From Welwitschia mirabilis (lineage: Eukaryota), in NCBI GenBank assembly GCA_051453625.1, contig JBOZIK010000001.1, positions 21,365,703 to 21,398,951 on the forward strand: a stretch of DNA of 33,249 bases, given 5' to 3'. Below are positions 12,182 through 22,542 of the stretch, one piece after another. Under the pieces are notes generated by a model. That model made no database searches. It saw nothing but the letters and a program-made list of their open reading frames with translations, and was not told where the DNA came from. Within the stretch, counting starts at the first letter, position 1; each line of letters begins with the position of its first letter. A program made the translations under genes and the position numbers.

Positions 12182-15100
12182 CCTATTTTGGCTTAGTCTA
12201 ATTAAGAACTATTTTTTTCTTCCTTTCTTCTTTAATATATTTTTACCTGGTAGGCATAATAGAACATAGGACCAAATTCTAATTACTCCTTAATTAGACT
12301 TTTATATTCTAAAAACGACAAATCATATTAATACTATATATATACCTTTAATTAATTTTAGGTTTTTTGGTTTACAAACAATCAATGTCATAAGTCTATG
12401 TCCTCCATTTCTTCTTAGTTTTTTATCACATGAATGATATCTTATAAATAGTTAAGGAGAAAACTAGTTGTCAACATATATGGATAAATTTTAAGGGTAA
12501 TACCTAACCAATATAGTAAGAGGTTACAAATCCAATTAATGGCATTTCAATTCGATATTTAACCATCCTCCAAATATGGATTGGTTCTACTTTAGGTTCT
12601 AAACTATACAAACATGATTTAGCTCAAATCCCTAGGCTTTCACTTCACCTTGATATACCTATAATTCAAGTGGCAAACAACACTGAGGTGGATGCATGCT
12701 TATGAATAACCCCCACTTCCTTGAAGCATCTCTAGATGATGCAACATGATCCATTGATGTTAAGGGCTTCGGATGTTAAGTTAAAGTAAGTTCATACATT
12801 GGTAGGACAAGAGAATGGTGATCAAATCCACTTCTAGAAAGGTATTATAAAAAAAAAAGCCAATGTAACCCACCTTGGTAATGAAATTCAAGTGTGGGAA
12901 TAAACATTATTAGAATTATCTTGATTTAGTCCTATTTGATGAGTACACTACACAAATGCATATAAATAATTCTAACTAATATGGGTATTTAATGAACTAT
13001 TTACCTAGTTTTAATAATATTAGTGATCATTTGGTTTGTTTTATAAAAACAACCATAAAAATAAAGCAAGCATACAAGAACATTTTTATTTTTAAGGTTA
13101 TAATAATAAAAACCTAAATAAATGAAATACTCTTTTCTTTTCTATCTAAATAAAGGAAGTATTTTTTTCTTTTTCTTTCAATAATAATAATTAAAATGTT
13201 TAAAATGTACCAAATAACATCTTCATAATGTACTTAAAGAAACTAAAACATACCTAGAGCTATGCCAATCCTCGAAACATTCTTTCATGCTCATATAGCA
13301 ATCTTAATGGATTGGTATAAAGAAGATAAACAAAATAAAGTATAGCTCAAGCATAATTGTTAAGATATAAGTATTTATCCAAGTAAGCTAAAGAAAAAGG
13401 GTAAAAAGTTTTTTCTATAAATGAATACTACTTATACATAATTTAAAATAAATTTACTAATAGAAACATATTTTATATACTCAATTCCTTATAACATTTT
13501 ATATAATACATTTTCAATAATTTTAAACATTAGTTATAACATTTTTGGGATCTAAGGAGACATTAAAGTTAAAAACTAATGATTAACTAATTATGAAGCA
13601 AAAAACAAATTATAGCATTTTTTCAAAAAGTAAACACATAATAAGTTTCTTAGAATCTAACTATATTAGAATTCTAAAAATATTATTTCTAATGTTATCA
13701 TTTAAGTCTAAAAACTATCACATTTTCTAAAGTTATAGTTCAATCACACTACACTAAGTTTTTAAATGATTCAAGATGTTTTGGAAAGCTTATTTAATTT
13801 CCTACAACTTAGGATACTCATGTTTGCATAATATAATCACAAATAGATACAAGAATGTAAATTTCTTACTTATTGTTTTTTGCATTTATTTTTAATATAT
13901 TTTAATAAATAGTTATTTTAAAAAATAATTAACTATTAAAAAAATTACTATTTTTAACATTTTCACATTCATAACAGAATCCTAGATGTACAAAAATTTT
14001 TTACTAATTTTCACTTACTAATTAACAAGATATGATGTTTTTATTATAGCCTCTATTCTGGAAATTTAATTTTGCCATAATAAAAATATGATAAAGTTTT
14101 TACAACTAGTTCAATAATAATTTAGATCATTAAATAATAGATATATTAACTAATTAGTTACAAAAAGAAAAACAATTATAAAAGAAAAATAATTATAAAA
14201 ATAAAAATCAAATCAACTCAAAAAGAACCATTTTATTATGAAAGGACTTGAACTCCTGAGCTATGATTTAATAGTCACTTCACTTAATCATTCATGTTAG
14301 AACTAAGTATGCTTATACATCTCAAAAACATAAAAGTCATCGTAGAGTAAATCNNNNNNNNNNNNNNNNNNNNNNNNNNNNNNNNNNNNNNNNNNNNNNN
14401 NNNNNNNNNNNNNNNNNNNNNNNNNNNNNNNNNNNNNNNNNNNNNNNNNNNNNNNNNNNNNNNNNNNNNNNNNNNNNNNNNNNNNNNNNNNNNNNNNNNN
14501 NNNNNNNNNNNNNNNNNNNNNNNNNNNNNNNNNNNNNNNNNNNNNNNNNNNNNNNNNNNNNNNNNNNNNNNNNNNNNNNNNNNNNNNNNNNNNNNNNNNN
14601 NNNNNNNNNNNNNNNNNNNNNNNNNNNNNNNNNNNNNNNNNNNNNNNNNNNNNNNNNNNNNNNNNNNNNNNNNNNNNNNNNNNNNNNNNNNNNNNNNNNN
14701 NNNNNNNNNNNNNNNNNNNNNNNNNNNNNNNNNNNNNNNNNNNNNNNNNNNNNNNNNNNNNNNNNNNNNNNNNNNNNNNNNNNNNNNNNNNNNNNNNNNN
14801 NNNNNNNNNNNNNNNNNNNNNNNNNNNNNNNNNNNNNNNNNNNNNNNNNNNNNNNNNNNNNNNNNNNNNNNNNNNNNNNNNNNNNNNNNNNNNNNNNNNN
14901 NNNNNNNNNNNNNNNNNNNNNNNNNNNNNNNNNNNNNNNNNNNNNNNNNNNNNNNNNNNNNNNNNNNNNNNNNNNNNNNNNNNNNNNNNNNNNNNNNNNN
15001 NNNNNNNNNNNNNNNNNNNNNNNNNNNNNNNNNNNNNNNNNNNNNNNNNNNNNNNNNNNNNNNNNNNNNTAAAAACCTTTTAACATAATTTTTATCATTT

Positions 15101-15254
15101 TCATGGTAAATTATAAATATTACAAACTAAGGTTAATTTAAAATGACATCTTATTTTGTTAATGAATTTAAATAAGGATAATTAATCATTTGACTAAAAA
15201 CTTAATATGATCAAGATTTAAGTAAATATGATTTATGAAATATGGGATATGACA
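12182..15254 (-). repeat. 3' LTR of element B (~3 kb including a 716-N gap)
   Basis: 12182-13930 is colinear with 18666-21459. On the minus strand it begins TGTCATATCCC at 15254, directly after a purine tract. Confidence 0.75.
14236..14306 (-). other. tRNA-like relic (pol III A-box/B-box spacing) inside LTR-B
   Basis: Minus strand reads TAACATGAATGATTAAG...GTGACTATTAAATCAT...AGGAGTTCAAGTCCTTT. The A-like and B-like boxes start 45 nt apart, as in tRNA. Confidence 0.4.
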
Positions 15255-15274
15255 TTCTTTCTCACTTCACCCCT
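15255..15274 (-). other. PPT of element B
   Basis: Minus strand aggggtgaagtgagaaagaa immediately before the TG of the 3' LTR. Confidence 0.7.
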
Positions 15275-15311
15275 AGGAATCTAGATACATACCTAACTAT
15301 ATTTTATGAGA

Positions 15312-15645
15312 TTCAAAAAGACTTGGGTATTGAATTTTTACAATTTATAAATGCTTTATTCTTTATTAAAGTATTTATATTCAAAACAATATGCTATTTT
15401 CCTAAATCAATAATAATTGATTGTATCTAAAGATTTCCCACACTTATGAATAAAATACAGTTTTGGACTTGGTGATTAACTTTAGACATAGATCCATTTG
15501 CTAAATCTATGCATTCCTCAATGGAAGTGCAACATAATTTTTCTCTCATAATATATCTAGAAGATATAAAGTAATGTGTTGCTTCTCAATTAAATAAAAT
15601 AACTACTTCTTTATTGTTAAGTAAAAGCTTGCCTTCTATGAAATA
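15312..15645 (-). pseudogene. Decayed retroviral-type aspartic protease (RVP_2-like)
   Basis: FIEGKLLLNNKEVVILFN*EATHYFISSRY (LFDSGATHSFIS-type) ... IDLANGS ... IIIDLGK*HIVLNINTLIKNKAFINCKN. Confidence 0.8.
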
Positions 15646-17054
15646 ACTTTAAAATTACACCCCTTGATTATCTACTGCTTCTTGAAGTTGTGCTATTGAT
15701 TGAGGAACACTTTTTGATTCTTTAGAACTTTTTGGTTAATATCTAAAAAGGTCTTTATTACATAATGAACATTCTTTTACACTATAATTTCCTTTATAAT
15801 AGTAGTAGTAATATACATTATATTAGTTCTAGTATTGATACTAACCAATAGTTTATTGGAAGTTAAATCTCTAAGATTGATTGCTTACATAGCTTTGACT
15901 ATGAATATTCTAGTTTCTTTTGAAGAAAGTTTGCTTTGCTTGATTAAAATTCCTATTTGTGCTATTACTATAACTAACCTTATTTTTTAAAGTTAATTCT
16001 TATTTTAATAAGACATTTGTAATTAATTTTCCTTAAGAATATGCCCTTGTGGAGGAATATTTTTATTAATATCTTATTGTCTCTACCAGTTTTATTCTAA
16101 TATCTTTGCCTTTCCTATAGACTCTGTTAGACTTTTAAGTTGAAACATGAATACTCTGATAATAATAGATAAAGAGATTTACTTTAGCTTCTTCATCTAG
16201 ATGCATATGTAACACATATCTTAATAATTCTACAAATTTACACTCATAAGATGCTATGGTTACATTATGGACTTATTTTATATTATAGAATTATCTAACC
16301 TTTGGTAAATATAGAACTTGGTNNNNNNNNNNNNNNNNNNNNNNNNNNNNNNNNNNNNNNNNNNNNNNNNNNNNNNNNNNNNNNNNNNNNNNNNNNNNNN
16401 NNNNNNNNNNNNNNNNNNNNNNTTAGCTTCTTCATCTAGATGCATATGTAACACATATCTTAATAATTCTACAAATTTACACTCATAAGATGTTATGGTT
16501 ACATTATGGACTTATTTTATATTATAGAATTATCTAACCTTTGGTAAATATAGAACTTGGTGATGTACCTTTCCTTAAAGATGTGCTTAAATTTCCTCCA
16601 TTAAAGTTCTAGATCTTCTAACTTGGTCATTTTTGTTTTCCACCATAGATTAGCTTCTTCTTGTAACATATAAAAAGCTAAAATAGCCTTTTCATATTCA
16701 TCACATATGAAGGTACTTATAACTTTTTTAACATCACTCATTTATGATTCTGCTTTGGAAGGATCTAAACCTCCTATAAACTTTGATGAATTTAACTTAA
16801 AATAAATTTGAAATAATTTCCTCATACCCACTTCCTTAGATTGATTGGTACCATTATTTACATATGGGTTTTGGCCTTGATTTACTACTAGTGATATGAA
16901 CTACATGAAGGTATTCATCAATGCTTTTAAACTAAAGTTGAATGAGGGTTAACTTTTATCATTAGGTTGTTGAATCTCTTATAGATTCTATTGATGTTGA
17001 TTACTTGATGTAACTGATCTAGCCTTAATATTTTAACTGATGACAATGGGGCAT
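15646..17054 (-). pseudogene. gag: Decayed Tekay/Del-type gag
   Basis: YFKLNSSKFIGGLDPSKAES*MSDVKKVISTFICDEYEKAILAFYMLQEEANLWW near 16640-16810 matches the chromovirus gag pattern. A possible start ATG lies at 17054. Confidence 0.8.
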
Positions 17055-18642
17055 CAAAAAGAAGGGAAATTTTTCATAAGATTATATTTGAAGATAGCAT
17101 AGATATTATTAAACTTATAAATATTTTATAATCTTAGGAAGGAAATAATTATCATTATTATGTGATGAGTTATTATTTATATCTTAAAGTACATAATTAA
17201 GTTTATCCCTTTTCTTTATTTTTAATAGATAAGATTCAGAAGTTATGAATATGGTTTTCACTTTAAAGTTATGTGATCATATAATTTAGGATGAATAACT
17301 TTTTGGAGGTTTGATTATTTTTAAGAGTACCTATTTATAAGGAATTACTTATGAATTTATGTTTCTCTTCAAAATGTTAATCTCTTTACTGAATCATATA
17401 AGGTTATTATGCTAAATTCTTAAGATAATTGGAATTCCTCTAAGTGATTATTATCTATAGCTATAAGTTAATACAGTCTTTAGTAACTTGAATTCATCAT
17501 CCATCTTGGTTTGTTTAGGAATTTAGAATTATTATAAATATGATTAGCATATTGATCATCTAAGGGTTGGGATTANNNNNNNNNNNNNNNNNNNNNNNNN
17601 NNNNNNNNNNNNNNNNNNNNNNNNNNNNNNNNNNNNNNNNNNNNNNNNNNNNNNNNNNNNNNNNNNNNNNNNNNNNNNNNNNNNNNNNNNNNNNNNNNNN
17701 NNNNNNNNNNNNNNNNNNNNNNNNNNNNNNNNNNNNNNNNNNNNNNNNNNNNNNNNNNNNNNNNNNNNNNNNNNNNNNNNNNNNNNNNNNNNNNNNNNNN
17801 NNNNNNNNNNNNNNNNNNNNNNNNNNNNNNNNNNNNNNNNNNNNNNNNNNNNNNNNNNNNNNNNNNNNNNNNNNNNNNNNNNNNNNNNNNNNNNNNNNNN
17901 NNNNNNNNNNNNNNNNNNNNNNNNNNNNNNNNNNNNNNNNNNNNNNNNNNNNNNNNNNNNNNNNNNNNNNNNNNNNNNNNNNNNNNNNNNNNNNNNNNNN
18001 NNNNNNNNNNNNNNNNNNNNNNNNNNNNNNNNNNNNNNNNNNNNNNNNNNNNNNNNNNNNNNNNNNNNNNNNNNNNNNNNNNNNNNNNNNNNNNNGGATT
18101 ATTAAGGTACTAAGTTTATGATTAGTGTAATCTTTATAATAATTAGAATTAACATAAATGTAATTTAGTATATATTTAGAAAGTAAAAATATTATAAGTA
18201 TAATGGATTTTTGACTATTAGAATATATGATTAAATTCATGCTTATTTAGGAACTAAAGTTATCTTGGAATCTAGTATTATAAAGGATATATTTAATTTT
18301 ACTCATGGTTTAATATTATTAGGGATATAACCNNNNNNNNNNNNNNNNNNNNNNNNNNNNNNNNNNNNNNNNNNNNNNNNNNNNNNNNNNNNNNNNNNNN
18401 NNNNNNNNNNNNNNNNNNNNNNNNNNNNNNNNATCTAGTATTATAAAGGATATATTTAATTTTACTCATGGTTTAATATTATTAGGGATATAACCAACTT
18501 TATAGCTATTAAGAATTAAGGTTATTATAGTTACAACTAACTTTATAATTATTAAGGAGAAAGGTTATTAAAAATTTAATTAGATTTATATTCTTATAAA
18601 TTTATAAGTGCTTAACATAAGTATTATTTTAGTTAACTTAGA

Positions 18643-18654
18643 GCTCTGATACCA
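18643..18654 (-). other. Primer-binding site, initiator tRNA-Met
   Basis: gctctgatacca is the reverse complement of TGGTATCAGAGC (perfect 12/12), a few nt from the LTR end. Confidence 0.92.
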
Positions 18655-18657
18655 ATT

Positions 18658-21459
18658 TTTGACATCCTCTTTTCTCTTACCCTAATTATGTACTATTTTT
18701 CTTTTCTTCCTTTCTTTTTTAATATATGTTTACCTAATAAGCATAATGAAACCTAAGAACAAATTATACTTACTCCTTAATTATAATTTATATATTCTAA
18801 GAAAGATAAATCATATTATTAGTATATATTTACCTATAATTAATTTCTAGGTTATGTTGATTTACAAACAATAGCGATGTCATAAGGTTGTGTCCTCAAT
18901 TTCTTCCTAGTTTTTATCACATAAAAGATATGTTACGATTAGCAGAGGATTCGTAAATTATTATTAACATACATGAATAAATTTTAATAATAATTCATAA
19001 CTAAAATAATACGAGGTTACAACTCTAATTAATGGCATTCCAACTTGATATTCGGCAATCCTCTAGATATGAGTTAGTTCCACTACAGGTTCTAAACTAT
19101 ACAAACATGGTTGGGATTAAATCCATAGGACCTTACTTCATCTTAATATTCCAACTTGATATTTGGCCATCCTCTAGACATGATTTGGTTTCACTACAGG
19201 TTCTAAACTATACAAACATGGTTGGGATCAAATCCATAGGATCTTACTTCATCTTAATATACCCCTAATACAAGTGATAAGCAATACATGAGGTGGATGC
19301 ATACTTATAAATGACCCTCGCTTTTTTGAAGCATCTTTGGATGATGCAACATGATTCATCAATACTAAAAACTTAAGTAAGTTTATACATGGGTAGGGCA
19401 GGAGAGTGATAACCAAATCCATTTCAAAAATAGTATTATAAAAAATGCAATGCAATCCACCTTCATGAGGAAATCCAAGTGTGAGGATGAACATTATTAG
19501 AATTATCTTGATTTGGTCATATTAGATGAATACATCACATAAATGCATGAAAATAATTCTAACTAATGTGAATATTTAATGAATTATTTACCTAGTTATA
19601 ATAATTATAATCATAATTTAATTTAATTTATAAAAACAACCATTAAAAAAAAGCAAGCATAGAAGGACATTTCTATTTTTAAGGTTGTAATAATAAAATA
19701 TTAAGTAAAGGAGATATTATTTTATTTTTTATCTAAATAAAAANNNNNNNNNNNNNNNNNNNNNNNNNNNNNNNNNNNNNNNNNNNNNNNNNNNNNNNNN
19801 NNNNNNNNNNNNNNNNNNNNNNNNNNNNNNNNNNNNNNNNNNNCCATTAAAAAAAAAGCAAGCATAGAAGGACATTTCTATTTTTAAGGTTGTAATAATA
19901 AAATATTAAGTAAAGGAAATATTATTTTATTTTTTATCTAAATAAAAAAATATTCTTTTCTTTTTATTTCAATAAGAATAAAAATGTTTAAAATGTATCA
20001 AATAACATCTTCATAATGTACCTTAAAACATTAAAACATGGCTAGAGCTATGCTAATCCTAAAAACATTCTTCCATGTACCTTAAGAAACAAAAGAAATT
20101 ATAGCTCATATATAAGTATNNNNNNNNNNNNNNNNNNNNNNNNNNNNNNNNNNNNNNNNNNNNNNNNNNNNNNNNNNNNNNNNNNNNNNNNNNNNNNNNN
20201 NNNNNNNNNNNNNNNNNNNNNNNNNNNNNNNNNNNNNNNNNNNNNNNNNNNNNNNNNNNNNNNNNNNNNNNNNNNNNNNNNNNNNNNNNNNNNNNNNNNN
20301 NNNNNNNNNNNNNNNNNNNNNNNNNNNNNNNNNNNNNNNNNNNNNNNNNNNNNNNNNNNNNNNNNNNNNNNNNNNNNNNNNNNNNNNNNNNNNNNNNNNN
20401 NNNNNNNNNNNNNNNNNNNNNNNNNNNNNNNNNNNNNNNNNNNNNNNNNNNNNNNNNNNNNNNNNNNNNNNNNNNNNNNNNNNNNNNNNNNNNNNNNNNN
20501 NNNNNNNNNNNNNNNNNNNNNNNNNNNNNNNNNNNNNNNNNNNNNNNNNNNNNNNNNNNNNNNNNNNNNNNNNNNNNNNNNNNNNNNNNNNNNNNNNNNN
20601 NNNNNNNNNNNNNNNNNNNNNNNNNNNNNNNNNNNNNNNNNNNNNNNNNNNNNNNNNNNNNNNNNNNNNNNNNNNNNNNNNNNNNNNNNNNNNNNNNNNN
20701 NNNNNNNNNNNNNNNNNNNNNNNNNNNNNNNNNNNNNNNNNNNNNNNNNNNNNNNNNNNNNNNNNNNNNNNNNNNNNNNNNNNNNNNNNNNNNNNNNNNN
20801 NNNNNNNNNNNNNNNNNNNNNNNNNNNNNNNNNNTATGCTATTAAACTACTAAGACAAACACTCTTACATAATATACATTCTAAGTAAGGTAAAGAAAAA
20901 GGATAAAAGTGGTATTTCTACAAATAAATACTATTTATAGGGAATTCAACTTAAATTTATTAATAGAAAATATTTTATATATTTAATTTCCTTGAAAAAG
21001 TTTATGTAATAGTTTTTGTATAATTTTAAACATTAATTATAACTTTTTTGGGCTTTAAGGAGACATTATAGTTAAAAATTAATAACTAATTAATTATTAA
21101 AAAATTATAGTAGTTTTTTAGAAAGTAGATACATAATAGGTTTTTTTGAATAAGACTTAAACTATCTTGTAACTCTTAAAATATTATTTATAATGTTATC
21201 ATTTAAGTCTAAAAACTATCAAATTTTTTAAAATTACATTCCTACCATAGTACACTAAAATGACCATAACTTTGAAAATACTTTGAGTTTTTAAATGATT
21301 TAAGATGTTTTAAAAATATTATTCAATTTCCTACAACGTGGGATGCTCAACGTTTCATATATATTAACAGATAGGTATAAAAACATAAATTACTTACTCA
21401 TCATTTTTTGCATTTATTTTTCTAATGTATTTTAATAAATAGTTTTTTAAAAAAATAAT
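18658..21459 (-). repeat. 5' LTR of element B (partial; interrupted by element C)
   Basis: Colinear with 12182-13930. Homology stops exactly where TGTTGTG of LTR-C begins. Confidence 0.82.
19037..19258 (+). repeat. Tandem duplication, 2 x 111 bp
   Basis: Units 19037-19147 and 19148-19258 differ at 8 positions by hand count. The other LTR has a single unit (~12544-12655). Confidence 0.92.
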
Positions 21460-22542
21460 TGTTGTGGTGTGTATTTGTGAAAGTGTTTATATTCAAAGGG
21501 ATTATATCATTCATAAAATAATATGAATTTCTCACACAATACAACACACTAGTATGAGTGGAAGTAGACTCAAAATGTCATATTCTTGTTGAAGATTATG
21601 AGACAAGACTCGGATTTCTTTGCAAAAGAATAATAGGAACCAGAAATAAAGAACAATGTAGGAAATAAAAGATACAATGCAAATGCAAGATGCAACTTAA
21701 TCTAATATGCAATGTAAAAATGGAACTAATGCTATTTTCTTTCAACCTTAATAAAAACTACCTTCAATAATCTATAACACCATGAAATTATCACCAGATC
21801 AAGGGCAACATAGACTATAAGGATCATCAAAAAATCTACAATTCAAACATAAAAATAAAATAAAGTTTATATTAAAAATTAGTAACAATAATCTAGGTTA
21901 CAAAATAGTTGGGTCTCAATGGAGGATACATAACCCTCCACCAAGTGCATGTCTTTCTACAACACTTAAGATGTATCTCCCATCCTTTGATCTCCTGATA
22001 CGAGAATTTTTGGTGCAATGAAGATGAGAAGGAGAGTTAAAGGAGGATTTATTTATAATAAATTATAGTAGAAAATGAAAAATGGAAGGCATGACAAGAC
22101 ATGCTCCTTACATAAATGCAATGGAAGAAATAGTCAAGGGTCACTGTCAGAGTTAGTTACATGTCAGTGTCATCTAAGCTATTATCCAAACGATAAGAGG
22201 AATGATAGCTCATTACAAAATATGACTCAGTAGTAAGTTAGCAGTTCATGTCAGCAACTAGCAGTGTCATCATCTTGACTATCATGGAAATAACATAGGG
22301 AATAATAGTCTTATTAATCATATTTTTAACAAAAAAATTAGTATTTTTAGTAGGAATCCTCCTCTAAAGCTCTATGTATTAGAATGTATCTTAAATACAT
22401 CAAATCTAGGTAAAAATTTCAAATTTTTGATATCTGCTATCATTTCTCCAAAATCCTCAGTATTACACTTAAACCTATACAAATGTCCTACAAAACAAAC
22501 TCATAAAACCCCATCAAATAACCACAAATTGGTAGCACAACG
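21460..22542 (-). repeat. LTR-C (3' LTR of the inverted family-A copy, 1083 bp)
   Basis: Reverse complement is colinear with LTR-A1 and LTR-A2; starts cgttgtg and ends CACAACA. The PPT ctaagttgggggcta lies at 22543-22557. Confidence 0.88.

Larger units (their letters stand above)
12182..21459 (-). mobile_element. Tekay/Del-like non-autonomous LTR retrotransposon (element B), gag+protease only
   Basis: Paired long LTRs, perfect Met PBS, gag and protease relics and a PPT. The 5' LTR is interrupted at 21460 by element C. Confidence 0.78.

Noticed and set aside
14236..14306. Functional tRNA gene
   Set aside because: No convincing acceptor stem and a mismatched T-stem; kept only as a tRNA-like relic.
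16183..16562. 140-bp direct repeat in gag
   Set aside because: Near-identical overlap flanking a 100-N gap; unmerged contig ends.
18270..19946. Direct repeats around the 100-N gaps at 18333 and 19744
   Set aside because: Same unmerged-overlap artefact.
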